Shown here: positions 51,133-64,000 of the stretch, in pieces
How positions within the stretch are numbered: the stretch's first letter is position 1
Layout of the letters: the number at the start of each line of letters is the position of its first letter
NCBI GenBank assembly: GCA_002245135.1
Contig: NGBS01001183.1
Coordinates: 1 to 64,000 of the forward strand
Source of the DNA: Proteromonas lacertae
Taxonomy: Eukaryota
Direction: 5' to 3'
DNA: 64,000 bases
Notes under the pieces: generated by a model
Told to the model about the DNA's origin: nothing
The model's database searches: none
What the model saw: the letters and a program-made list of their open reading frames with translations, nothing else
Position numbers and translations under genes: made by a program

Positions 51133-54100
51133 TTATTTGGTAGAAGTATTAGTTTTAATGTCTTTTGCTATTTTCCATCCCATTTTCTTTGCAATTATCT
51201 CACTAACTGTTTTCTTCACTTTAGATCTCTTCATATCTCTATCTGTTATAAAGTAATGACCTTTTTCAAACAATGTTGGTTGTGAAATATACTCATCTAT
51301 TGATAAATCCTTATGTCTGTGTCTGTTCTTTGTTATATGCAATCTCTTCGTACATTCACCACAATATAGCAATTTACAGTTTTGACAATAACTGGTAGCT
51401 TCTCTAAAGTTACAATCATTACAAATCGGACCTCTATCATCTAACAAATTCAAATTAATATAAATCAACTCATGATAAGCTCTTTCACCATTCTTATGAA
51501 ATAATGCACAACAATCCTTACAATATGGGATTTGACAAACAACACAGAAGAAATTAGCTACTTTTTCTTCACAATCCATACATATGATAGCTGTAGGATA
51601 TTTCTTTTCAGGTGGTTCAGGTGGTAGTTGTGGTAATGGCTGCTTAGCTGCATTAGCTTTACTTTTTGGTGATAATGTAACGGATATTTTTTCCCCTTTT
51701 TCTTTCTTTGCTTCTTCTTTTTTCTTTTCATCCTTTTCCTTCTTTTCAATTTTAGCTGTAGCAGCACTATCAGGATCTTCTTCACCTTCTAAATAAGCAC
51801 CAAATTTCTTCTGTTTTGAGATTTCATTAAACAATACTTGTCTTTGTAATGTTGCATGTTCTGTCACAATCCAATGTTTATTCAAATCTTCATTAAACTG
51901 TTCTTCCTGTTTTGATAAAGCATTTAAATTCCTTTCATATTCTTCTAAATTCCATTTTATATATAATTTATGATATTCCAATCTACACAATTTACCTCTA
52001 ATTATTCTTTGTATTTCAGTAGCAGCTTTGTTCTTTAATTCTTCAAATAGTTTTGCCTTTTGTTGTACATGTCTTATAAACATACCAATTGAATCTGGTA
52101 ATATCAATCCTAATGACATCTTTTCACTATATTTACTCTCCTTTTCATTCATATTACAGAAATAACACTTAATTGCTGGTATTCTATTAACACCATATTT
52201 TATGTTACAATAGATTCCTGTTGCTGTATCCCACTTGTGTTGTGTATCTGAATACTTCTTACCATTATTATGTTTATGAATCCAACAATATTCACAATAA
52301 TCTTTTAAACAATCAAAACATCGATATTTACCTTTGTTTTTCTTACATGCATTACATCTAAAATAAATAATATAATAAAAATATAATATACATTGCTACT
52401 GTAGAACTATTAGAATCAGCAATAACAAATTTGCATTTCAAATGTTTATTTTCAGTCAAATCATAAGCATGATGCGCAAAATTAACTCTATATTTCATCT
52501 GTTTAGCTGAATTCAACCAATCTGCCCAGAATAACACATACACCCATTCATTATCTCTTAAATATTGTCCTAAATTATCAACAGTGAGATGAACTAAACA
52601 AGTTTCTCTTTGAATTGCTACTTCTTGAATATATTCAGATTTTGTCTAAAGTATATATATATATATATACTTTCAAATATTTGTATCTTTTCATTGCTAA
52701 ATGTCTTCTTACAATTGACTGTACCAATGTGATAGATTTTATTTTCTTTTTCCATCTTCCTTGCATTAATATATACTTCCACTGTTGAAAACATAATTCT
52801 TTATTTCTTCTTCCTTTATGATCCATAAATTGAGTAATTAAGTCTCTATAATATATTCTGCAATTCGATAATAAATGCCACCATCTCATATATCTCAACT
52901 TCTGTAATCTATTATATGATTTATTACTAATATCTCTCACTACTTTTCTCCTTCTAAATGATTGTAACCAAATCATAAATATCTTTTGTTTATAAACTTG
53001 TAGTGCTCTTTTACTCTTTATTCTTACAAATCGTCTATTCTGTGATATTCTATACATTACTCTCAACACTCTTCTCATCTGTAATTTGATACTATTTGGT
53101 TCAAATTGCTTCACTTTCTCTCTCAAATATTGCTGTGTTTGTACATTTAAATAGAATTTCTCCAACACATATTTACGATGTAAACTTCTATGTTTTCTTT
53201 CATACCAATTTCGAGCTTTTGTCATTCTTTTTCTATCTGTTACTGTATCTTTCCAGACTCTTTCTATCCATTTTCTTTGTATTTCAACTAATAAACTATG
53301 ATAGAATTTATCTGCCTTTTCTATCAGCTGTTGATCATTATCTGCATTCCAGAATGAATATGGAAGAATCATCATAAATATATTTCCTACATACTTATTA
53401 TGCATTCCACAGAGTTTTATATATTCAATCCATTTTTCAAATAGATGTTTTCTTTCATGAATACACCAAAATTGAAATGCTTTTTCTTCCTGTTTTTTCT
53501 TATATTGATATTGTATTTTATTCAATTTCCATATCATCATTACTCTTCGTTTTATATTAGTTGTATGAGACTTTTCAATTCTGTAATAGAAATACCAAGC
53601 TCGAATAATGATTCGAGTTAAATACTTAAAATGAAATCTTTGGATTTTAGTATACATATGCCAACGGTTAAACATTCTAGTTTCTACATTATGTTTAAAT
53701 ATATTCTCAGCTTTTACTACTTCCATCCATTTTTCCATTAATTCACCCAACGGTGTTATCTTTTCTATATACAATCTTCTTGCTTCAATTTTCCAATTTT
53801 TCATTACTGTCCTATACACTCTAGTCTTATATTTATATAAACAAATTGACAATACTTTCCATTTCCGAAGTATTTGTTTTCTTGTTTGGTTATTATAATG
53901 TTTTTCAGCAACTACCATTTCTTTTTCTATTCTCTCTCTCCAATGTTCTTCTCTACACCATTCAACGTATTTCTTCCATGAGACTAATGCTTTATCAAAT
54001 ATTTCCTTTCTTTTCCTTCTCCACGTTTGTAATACTTTTAATCTCAGTTTTCTTCTTTCATATTTCCATTTTAATACCATCATTGCATGTATTAGTTGTA

Positions 54101-55778
54101 GTTGTTGTTGTCTTTCTTTCTTTGCAATCTTTCTACCTACATGACCTCTATAAACTCTTTGCGTTGTTCTTATACTTGAGATTTTTATTTGTTTTGCAAA
54201 TTCACTATATGATGATTTTGGTGATTTTAGAAATCGACATAATCTTAAATATAACATTAAATTCATATCACTATTACATAGAAACACATAATAATTTGGA
54301 TCTGACTTTTGATTTATTCTTAACTATATATTATAACATTAGTAAATATATACATATTGCTTATAATGATGAACCATTTCCATTGCTAAGTTAATTGAAT
54401 TAATAATCTCTTGATAATCTACACTCTTAATTTTCCTCATTGTATACTATTCATAATAATAAAAATAAAATATTAATACATGCATTTGTAGTTTACCAAT
54501 AATCTGTCTTGAACTCTTCAATACTTTTTCAACCATTTGTGGTGTAACAATATCTAAACATTTCTTCATTGCAGATACTCTAATTCTAGCTAAATGACCT
54601 CTTATTAATGCTTGAATAACCACTGAACAATCACTATATACATTAAACTCATATTTCATCTTCTTCAATATCTTTTGTGCTTTTCTAACTCTCCAATTAC
54701 ATTGTATTACTGATGCTTTATAATTGATTAATTTAACATGATACAATCTCTTTGCTTTATAACATCGAAATGCACATTGTATAATAGTTGCACAGAAATT
54801 GATATTATGACGAAGTTTTTCAAGTCTGTATACTTTCTTGGCATTGTAAGATCTCCACACTTTTTGTATTCTTGTTGCATTATTATAATACTATAAATTA
54901 ATATTTATTAATATATATATTTATACATATAACCAAACTTTATTCCTCCATTTACCAAATGCAATGTGTTTTATTCCTTTATATAATAATTCTTCAATAT
55001 TATGCAATAAAGACATTCCATATAATACATCCATTCTTTCATGTAATTCCTCATAATCTTTTAATTGCAATTGATATATAAAATTCTATTAAAAAATAAT
55101 TATTAAAATATATTGATTATATACTCTCCACCTTTCCCATGCTTCTCCTCTTATATAATAATCTGCAGTTTTACTGAATTTAATTACTATTTCTGCACCT
55201 CTTTCAAGTCGATTGAATTTCAGTTGAACTATTTCTTTTGCCTACATATATTATTTTAATTCATACTGTCATATCTTCAGTTGGTATTAAATTAAAGGTT
55301 GGATGACGAACAATTACTGGTTTATTATCTTCAGGATTTACAATTTGATTTTTTAATGCTTCTCTTATTATATCAGGAGTTTCCGCAGATACTGGAGGCT
55401 CTAATGATTTGTCTTTAGAAAATATCCATTCTTCCCATCTTTGAGCTAAAATACTTGTTGAATTTGCTCTTTTAGTGCTTGAGGATGTGGATCGTGCAGA
55501 TTTTTTAGGAACAAATGGAGGTACTCCCAACCTTTTTTGACCTGGTAAAATTTCAGTGTAAGGTTTAGGGTGAATATATTTTTCTGTAAGTGCTGGGAAG
55601 AAAACATCATTGGATTCATAATTTGTCTATTTCATTATAATAATCAGATTTATACTTTCTGATAACTAACAGTCTTTTTCTTTTTGGTATTATTGAATTT
55701 AACTGGAGATGCTGAATTAAGAGTCGGTAGTATTGGACTTGATTTTGTACCTTGTATTTGCTTCTTTTTGTTATTCAT
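51133..55778 (-). CDS. Large protein with IQ motifs, Sfi1-like Trp-periodic repeats and C-terminal B-box zinc fingers
   Basis: IQ motifs IQCAFRCY, IQALIRGHLAR and IQRIIRG. Repeated xxxW(K/H/Y) helices in ORF 52635..54287. B-boxes CMDC..C..C..YC..C...H. Exons linked by short introns. Confidence 0.65.
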
Positions 55779-56048
55779 ATGCGAAAAAAAGATAAAAACG
55801 ATAAAAGTGATTTGATGTTGGCTTGATATTTTGAAACGAATAAAATTATTGAAAATATTAATAATCTAAATCTGCAAATCATTTAATTTTATCATACATG
55901 AAAAATAACTATGTGCAAGATGAATATTTGCTTTAAACTTCTACTGAATAATTATCTATGTCACTTATTTATTAACTAAATGATATAACAACATATATAG
56001 TAAATTATATTAAATTTTATATATTATTCACATTGATTGTTCAACTTT

Positions 56049-59000
56049 TCAGATTTCATCATCTTTTGGAGTTTCTTTTGGAGATTCTCTAGGAGTATTT
56101 ATTTCATCGATTGCAGTATGTTGTAAAGATGTATTTGGTAATTGGTTTAATGGAGTAGATGATGGAGTAATACTTGCACCGCTTTCCTGATTTCTACATA
56201 ATTCAATCTGTCTCTAGATAAAACAATAACAAAAGCAACAAATATACTAAATCAATAGAACCCTTTCTCATAGCATGAAATGGAGTTAAAGGAATGGCAT
56301 AATTATTTATTTTGTTTTTACTAATATAATTCTCTTCTATATCATCTAATATAAATTCATGATCTTCATTTGTGTTTGGTAGATGAAGAATATTCTCATC
56401 TTCTGTATTAATTGTTGGATGAATCATTTCATCAAATTGTGGACTATAACAATATAATCATAAAATAATAGTATATACTTTTCAGTACGAAATAATCTAC
56501 AATCTTCATCTATTACATAATCTTTAGAATTGACTAAATTTATTCCTACAAAAGGTTCAATTTTTATTACATTATCATTATTATTCAATTTTGTACTCAT
56601 TTTACCACTCAACAATGTAAAATAACCATTCAATTCTGGATTTTCCCCTTTTTTATATTTTATTAAAGTTCCTTTTTCTATTATTTTATTCAACTATTCA
56701 TATAATAATAACACAACTAATAAATACATTATCATCACTTACACCTTTAAAATCAGGTAATATTTCATGTGCTACTTTTTTAGCAACAAATTTACAAAAT
56801 GATAATTCTAAATCTGGAAATTCCTTCATTATTTCGTTAAATTCATTTATGGGAAATCTAAATGCAACAGCTTGTGTAGAAGTAACAGTAACAGTGTAAA
56901 ATCTTACTTTTCCACTTATAGTTGATAATGTACCAAAGATATGACCTGGATAAATAATACTACCTACATCTTCACTTTCAGTATCATTTTCATCTTTTTC
57001 CATATTTTGATTTACACCTTTTAAATCACCTAATGATGAGAGTGAATTCTGTGTTTCAATATAATCACTTGACTGCGATCTCTTCATTCTACCCATATCT
57101 GCAGATGTCACTTTTTTGAATAAACCTGTATTTAAAGCAGCATGTTCTTCTTCTATATAAATAGAGTATTAATAACATACTATGCACATTTCTTATTGTT
57201 TCATTTTTCAAATCATCATCTTCATTATTCAACACTTTTCGAAAATCTTGATTGAACGAAACTTTTGCTAAACCTCTTTGCATAATTAAAAAACCATCAG
57301 ATGGATGGCCTTGTATAAATATTGTGTCATTCAATTCATATTCATTTATTCTAACAAATTTGGCTAATCTTTTAATGATTGTTTCAGATTCAGAACCAAT
57401 ACTATAAAAGATTGGATTTCTCATCATCATTTCTACTGGAGTAATTGGCTTTATTCTAGTAAAACGATGATTTATTACAATATGAGCTTTATCCAACATT
57501 TCCACTATTCTTTCAAACTCTTTCTCTTCTAAATCTCCAGATTCTACTGATTTTTGACAAGCGGTATTCAGTCTATTTAAAACAATATCTACAGCTTTAA
57601 TTGTCTGAATCTCTGGAATTACATCTTTATATACTCTGTACAATTCATTCAAATAATCAACAGCTTTATCAATATCTTTTCTCACTGAACCATATACACT
57701 GAAAGCAATACTTTCTTCTTTACTTAAAAGTGTAAAAAATCTCTTCTTAGCTACACGATAAGCAGCAATATAACCAACTGTAACTTCCCATGCTTTTGTA
57801 ACTTGATAAATCAAATATCTTCTGACTAGCCAATCGAATAATGGATAATTAGAAAGGATTTCTATCAATGCAAATGGTTTTATTCTTTTTACTATTTCAT
57901 CCCACTGTTTCATACAATTATCATCATCTTGATGTAATAACAAACGATCTTGAACTGTAGAATTTTCTTCTAATAATATTAATAAAGCTGGTTTTGATAA
58001 CAAACCATCAATATTCTGTTTCCAATATCTATTTAATAATAATAATAATAATAATATAAAAAATACACTGCTCTTACTGTATTTAAGAATTTCTTTCTTG
58101 CCACTCCAACTGCATCAACATCAGTTGCAGAAAGATCTTTAATATTTGATTTATATCGCAACTAACAAATAAATTACAAACATCTATATATACTCTTCTA
58201 TGTGCAGCTGTTTTATGATCATCTTTTCTAAGTTTTGGATATTCTTCAGATAAATCTGGAATAAATGACCAAACAGAATCCCAATTAGCAAATATACACA
58301 ATTTCTTTTGCTACTTAAAATAAATAATAAGAATTTTATACCAATAAGTTTTGAACTCTTCCTTTTATTCTATCATAATACTGTCTCATTACTCCATTGT
58401 AGATTTCTTGTTCAAATACTGGTGATCTTGTCATACCCAATGCTTTTACAATTAATCCACTAGTTGAACCATTCACAAATGTTGTTAAAAATGCTATTCC
58501 ACCAACAAAAAACACGTATTTCTTTTCAATATCCTATTCATATTACATTAATTACATATACTCTATCAATATCATCTTGATGTGCTACTACTAAAGCTAA
58601 AACCAATGATATTGCTCCTCTTAAACCAGAATATGATATTACTATTGCTTCTCTCCAATTCATACCATAACCAAACTTAGATAACGGATAACTATACAAT
58701 CAATAAATATTTATATACTAAAGAAAACCAATCATTGCGAATCTCACTACATTTATAAATAAAAAGAATAGTATCAGATATAACCAATCATAACCATCTA
58801 TCGATTCATCTAAAAATGATTGTTTCATTATAATTGCACCTGTTATTACAAATATCACTGTATTAGCCATATATGAAAACACTTCCCAAAAATGATTCAT
58901 TATTTTCTCTTCATCACTTTTCATTGATTCAAAACTACTCAATACTATACCATAAGTTACCAATGTTATTACTCCACTAACTTCACAGTAATATTCACTT

Positions 59001-59782
59001 ATATAAAATGACATATATGTTAAAACAACTGTTAATACTACTTGACAGATTGAATCTCGGATTGTTGACATTAATATATAACAAATCAATCCTGTTAATA
59101 AACCAATTACTCCTCCTCCTAATGCTAACTGAAAGAATGTTCCTATTGCTTCACCTACACTTGAATCAATACCTTTAAAAAAAGTGAAAAATACTTGAAA
59201 ACCAACCATTGCTGTTCCATCATTCAATAATGATTCACCTTCTACTAATAAATTAAGCTGATGAGGTGCACCTAGTTCGTGCAATAACGATACAACTGCT
59301 ACTGGATCTGTTGCACTGATTATTGAACCAAATGTAAAAGCACAATACCAGTTCCAATTATAAGGAAAGACATAATGAGCATAGATTGCTACAAATACCA
59401 ACGTAAATACAACACCAGGACCAGCTAATATTAAGATCTAATTATAGAATAATCACTTATACTTGAACGAAAGACTTATTCATTGTATGATAGTCAGCAT
59501 TAATGGCACTATCAAATATTAATGGAGGTATGAATATATATAGAATCAAATGAGGATTCATATGACGCCAGATATCGAGATTCCTCTCGATAACCCTAAT
59601 ATTATAGCAAGATTCATATACTCTGATCCCTCGGCAATAGCACTGTATACTATTCCCACTAAAAATAACACGACAGTGTATGGAACAGGAATTATCTTAC
59701 CATAAACCTTTATAAGTATTCCTATGAACAGTGCTATAAAGAAAAATATAGCAGATTCAGCACCACTTAGCTCTGCAGACAT
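56049..59782 (-). CDS. CPA1 Na+/H+ exchanger, SOS1/NHX7-like, with C-terminal cyclic-nucleotide-binding-like domains
   Basis: FIPPLIFDSA, SATDPVAVV, EGESLLNDG and SGLRGAISL. cNMP-like IFIQGHPSDGFLIMQRG and PGHIFGTLSTISGKVRFYTV. Multi-exon. Confidence 0.88.
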
Positions 59783-60340
59783 TGCTGATTCATCAAAAAT
59801 CTAAACACGATCTGAGCTTTGCTCATAATAAGATTTTTGAGATTGTGTAATAACAACATTCTGCATATATTTATAACACAAACATGGTAATATTGCGTTA
59901 ATTAAATTACTATCAGTTAGATATTTAGGTAATTATGAAAGTGATTCATAATTTAAGGTTCATTATATATAGTGTGTATTTCATGTATGTATAATTATCC
60001 CAAAGCAATTTTAATTCTGCAGGATGTAATAATACATATTTTGAAACATATATGACCATTTGTGGTAGAAATATAACTTTAGAGAATATGAATAAATCTA
60101 TATCCATTTCAAAAAGCAGAACTATCCAAATTTACTTGAATTGAATAGTAAATTAGTTTATTTTATGAAGAAAATTAATAATGTATTGTTTGTGATATAA
60201 CCTTTTTTTTATTCAATAAGAAAGATAAAGATCGAAATTTCTCATTTAAGCTTCAAAACACTAGTAAATAAACAGCAATTATATATCCCTCATACATTAA
60301 ATCAAATATCTAATTCTCAGTCAAAATAATGTAGATAATT

Positions 60341-62176
60341 ATGATAAGTCAAAATACCAAAATCCAAAATTATAAAATGTATTTTGGTATAATAGAATCT
60401 ATAAGAGGTATTTCATGTTTATTAATTGTTTTGTATCATTTTTCTTCAAAAAATGTGACAAATGGATTTTTAGGTGTAGATCAATTCTTTGTAATATCAG
60501 GTTTTTTAATCATATTCTCAATTCACCATAATGACAGTAAATCTTTTAATGTTATAAATTATATGAATAAAAGAGTGAAAAGAATATTGCCATTGAAGTG
60601 TGTTGTACTATTTTATGTTTTACTACTTGATAAATATTATTTTAAAGAAACAATTACAGATTTAGAATTGGATAGTATTACAGCTTTTTTATTCTATTTC
60701 AATTTCAAACTAATTAAAGACAATAACAACTATTTTTCATCTCCTTCTATAAATTTAATATTGAATTTTTGGTCATTGTCTGTTGAGGAACAATACTACT
60801 TATATGTATTAGTTATATCATTCATAACAATAGAAATTTCAAATACTTCTTCAATATTATTCCATGCAACTGCTCTATTGATATCTTTTGCATTATTTAT
60901 TTTTTACTTCAATAAAGATTATGTTTTTTCATTTTATAGTATATACACAAGAATATGGGAGTTTAGCTGTGGCTCATTGATATATTATTATGATTTTAAA
61001 TTTACCAATGAAATATGTGTAAATATATTGTTCTTTTTCCAATTATTATTTGTATTTTCTAAAGTAAATGGATGTATATGTTTTATAATAATAAATGTAA
61101 TTACATATTTTCAACTTAGTTATTCTAAGAATAATGAAGGTTGTTTATTCTCTAATAATATCATTAGATTTGTTGGACGAATATCATACTCAATCTATCT
61201 TATCCATTATTCAAATATTCACATATTTCCTATTAAATATGCAGTATTAGCTATATTTGTTGGTAGTGTATTAATGTATTATGTAGTAGAAAAGCCAGCT
61301 AGAGATAATCTAAGTGCATCATATATAGTTTTTTTATATATACTTTGTTTCTTATTCTATCATAGACTATACAATAAGGATAATAGATTCTCTATACAAA
61401 AAAATATAGATAAATTATTTATAAAGGATATGTGTTCTTATGATGTAATTGATAAGTTACACTTATCAAAATATAAAGTGTTATTATTAGGTGATTCTCA
61501 TGTATTACATTATATTAGAGCTGTTTATGATAATAAAAAAGAAGTTGAAGTTTATCATTCCTATTTCATAAATACCAATATGCAGAAAGGTAAATATGAT
61601 GATATAAAATACTTATTGAAATATACATTTGATATAATTGTGTTAGGATTTTGGCAAGAATTAAATAGAAAGTCTACATATGAAGATAGTATTTTTCATT
61701 TAATAAATGAAATACAAAATATTACAAATAATATACTAGTCATTTCAGATAATCCATTTTTGTTTCTTGAGCCTAATAATTGTTTATATACTTCAAAATT
61801 CTGTTATGGAATTGTAGATGTTAATTGCTCAATAGTGAAAGCATATAATATATCAAAGTATACTTATCCTAACAAATTAAATGTATATGATTATAGTATC
61901 GAAAAATATACTGTTAAAGGTAATAAATGTCTATTTGAAATAAATGATATTCCAATATATAGAGATCACTATCACCTATCTGGAGGTTTTGTAGAAAAAC
62001 TATTAATGAAAGAAATTCACAAAATTTTGAATAGAATAATGAAGAAAGATATATGGAAAAATGAAAGAATAACAAGTGTTATTTTTCATTGTTTGGAAAA
62101 AGATCATAATATATATAAAAGTGATTGTATAAATAATAACTATAAAATAAGATCTTATAATTATAACTATAGTTAG
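60341..62176 (+). CDS. Acyltransferase-3 plus SGNH fusion (OafA/OatA-like O-acetyltransferase), intronless
   Basis: ESIRGIS..YH, GFLGVDQFFVISGFLI, RVKRILP, FWSLSVEEQYY, GRISYSIYLIH and VEKP. SGNH motifs GDSH and DHYH. Confidence 0.88.
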   Translation: MISQNTKIQNYKMYFGIIESIRGISCLLIVLYHFSSKNVTNGFLGVDQFFVISGFLIIFSIHHNDSKSFNVINYMNKRVKRILPLKCVVLFYVLLLDKYYFKETITDLELDSITAFLFYFNFKLIKDNNNYFSSPSINLILNFWSLSVEEQYYLYVLVISFITIEISNTSSILFHATALLISFALFIFYFNKDYVFSFYSIYTRIWEFSCGSLIYYYDFKFTNEICVNILFFFQLLFVFSKVNGCICFIIINVITYFQLSYSKNNEGCLFSNNIIRFVGRISYSIYLIHYSNIHIFPIKYAVLAIFVGSVLMYYVVEKPARDNLSASYIVFLYILCFLFYHRLYNKDNRFSIQKNIDKLFIKDMCSYDVIDKLHLSKYKVLLLGDSHVLHYIRAVYDNKKEVEVYHSYFINTNMQKGKYDDIKYLLKYTFDIIVLGFWQELNRKSTYEDSIFHLINEIQNITNNILVISDNPFLFLEPNNCLYTSKFCYGIVDVNCSIVKAYNISKYTYPNKLNVYDYSIEKYTVKGNKCLFEINDIPIYRDHYHLSGGFVEKLLMKEIHKILNRIMKKDIWKNERITSVIFHCLEKDHNIYKSDCINNNYKIRSYNYNYS

Positions 62177-62187
62177 TTGATATAGAT

Positions 62188-63177
62188 ATGATACTATTAT
62201 TTATTTCTTTATTATGCTGTATATTTTTCCCATTATGCTATGGATTATTTATTCAAACAGATCAAAAAAATGATTTTAGCTGGAAATATAAATTGAATAA
62301 CATAAGTGTATGTTTGTTTTTACCAAGCGCAGTAGATGATTTTCCATTTGTACAAGGCATTATAAGTAGTGTTGATACATTTTGGCCTAAAGGAATAGGC
62401 AAAAAGATACATTGGATTGACAATTTTAATGGAGTATTACCCTTTAATTACTCAAATGATTGGACAATAATTAGAGCATCAACACCTGATATAAAAGTGG
62501 CAATAATGAAACAACAATACAATTCTTACTCTTCATATAAGTATTGCATACCTAACGAATTTATTGCTATGATCGACTCTGATTCACCTTTTATGTCTTA
62601 TGCAAAATATAATATTTTATTTGATACAAATAGAAGACCGTTTATTCTATATACTTTGAAGTTTAGAGACTCAAGGTGGGATCCAAGGCAAATACTAAAG
62701 TCAAATAATTCAGATTGGGGAGATGTTATGTTTACATATCCTATTATTGTTAAAACTAAACATGTAGAAGAGACATGGAATTACATTGAAAAAGTTCATA
62801 ATTCAACATTAGTGAAATTAATGGAAGAGTATGTATTTGGGCAATTTGGTACATTTTTGGAGTATATACACATAATGAAGTATGAAAACCAATATTCGTT
62901 GATAAATGCAGAAGAAAAACCCTTTCCAACTAGATGCACTATTCATTTACCTTATTCATATGTTCATGTTAATTTTGGGAAAATTCAGGGAATAAATGTT
63001 CTAAAACATATAGATGTAGTTCAAATGAATAAAGTGATTAATTATTTAATTGAACAAGGAATATGTGCTGAAAATAGAAAAAAATGTAAAAATTTTGATG
63101 AGAAGAAATTTAAAAAGAATTCTTATACAATTGAGACAAGATATAAAAACTATTATTCTAATTTAGTATCACAATAA
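62188..63177 (+). CDS. Secretory-pathway protein, putative GT-A-fold glycosyltransferase
   Basis: N-terminal hydrophobic signal/anchor and a DxD-like motif FIAMIDSDSPF. Intronless 329 aa. The family assignment is tentative. Confidence 0.45.
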   Translation: MILLFISLLCCIFFPLCYGLFIQTDQKNDFSWKYKLNNISVCLFLPSAVDDFPFVQGIISSVDTFWPKGIGKKIHWIDNFNGVLPFNYSNDWTIIRASTPDIKVAIMKQQYNSYSSYKYCIPNEFIAMIDSDSPFMSYAKYNILFDTNRRPFILYTLKFRDSRWDPRQILKSNNSDWGDVMFTYPIIVKTKHVEETWNYIEKVHNSTLVKLMEEYVFGQFGTFLEYIHIMKYENQYSLINAEEKPFPTRCTIHLPYSYVHVNFGKIQGINVLKHIDVVQMNKVINYLIEQGICAENRKKCKNFDEKKFKKNSYTIETRYKNYYSNLVSQ

Positions 63178-63222
63178 AGTGTTTTTTCTGATATGATTGT
63201 GTGTTAGTTAAGAATTTAGATA

Positions 63223-64000
63223 ATGTTATTTTCTGATTTTATATATTATTATTATGGATATAAGACACTTTTGAAATGTAATGAAGTTGATTTAATTGAA
63301 ACTGCTAAAAGAGAAGGAAGTATAATAGTATCTAATTCATATATAGAACTAAAAAATATTTGTTTTCAGTCTGTAAAATATAATCTAACGATAAGTGAGG
63401 GATTACAGAAATATATAGACAATGCGAAGAAGCTACTTAAAATGTATGATAATAAATTATATCATTCCAACATAATCAACATTACAAAACCTAAAAACAC
63501 TGTAATACATTATTTAGATGAGTTGTTCTTTAAGTATGAATCGATAGGTTTAAAAAATATTCATAAATGTGGATTTGTTTTAGTTGCTGGTGGAATAGGT
63601 GAAAGATTAAATAACAACGATATAAAAGTATCTTTACCTATAGATCAAATAAGTGGATATAGTTATTTAAGACTATATTTTCGATATATAATGTCATATC
63701 AAAATATATCAGGGAAAATAATATATGTATGTATAATGACATCTGAATCAACTGATCTTATGATAAAACACTATCTGGAAGAGAATAGTTATTTTGGATT
63801 GTCTTATTCACAATTATTATATGTTAAACAAAGTAATGTGCCATCGTTTCATGATAGAAATTGTAAGTTACATTATAAGAATGGTAAAATAATAGGTAAG
63901 CCTCATGGTCATGGAGATATACACATATTGTTATTGAAAGTATATGAGATGTTATTCATTCATAGAACAAAATTTTAAAAAAATGGATTGAAAAAGGTAT
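63223..64000 (+). CDS. UDP-sugar pyrophosphorylase (USP type), running off the window
   Basis: FVLVAGGIGERL, IMTSEST, ENSYFGL and KPHGHGDIH. Intron 63940-63965 restores the frame into NKILKKWIEKG. Confidence 0.88.

Noticed and set aside
1..64000. Alternative genetic code, tRNA/rRNA genes and CRISPR arrays
   Set aside because: Long ORFs translate cleanly with the standard code, and TAA, TAG and TGA all act as stops. Apparent in-frame stops are explained by introns or indels. No RNA gene or spaced repeat array was recognisable by eye.

Overview
This is very AT-rich, gene-dense eukaryotic DNA with many tiny GT-AG introns (about 26-50 nt). The Hsp90 N-terminus ([10 protein letters not shown]) and the intron sizes suggest a stramenopile protist, possibly Proteromonas/Blastocystis-like; this assignment is inference only. 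Once the introns are spliced out, the fragmented ORFs at 3.0-14.9 kb and 20.0-31.8 kb join into two paralogous giant (~3,800-3,900 aa) class C (7tm_3-type) GPCR genes. Each has a signal peptide, NINE tandem ~390-aa Venus-flytrap domains most like bacterial UrtA/AmiC urea/amide-binding proteins, and a 7TM domain. This is the most striking system in the window. Other notable elements are a block of four intronless orphan ORFs with a hairpin-rich boundary (1-2.8 kb), an apparently domesticated and catalytically dead BED-hAT transposase, a Rab with an extra N-terminal domain, and a tight OafA-like acetyltransferase / putative glycosyltransferase / UDP-sugar pyrophosphorylase cluster at the right end. 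Housekeeping genes include a histidine acid phosphatase, TMEM42-like, MECR-like, Hsp90, SRBD1/Tex, Ku70, an RmlB-type dehydratase, SAMHD1-like, TBCCD1-like, an IQ/Sfi1/B-box protein and a SOS1-like Na+/H+ exchanger. Several genes carry single-base indels, mostly in homopolymers, which are probably assembly errors. All gene models were built by hand and none was checked against a database.
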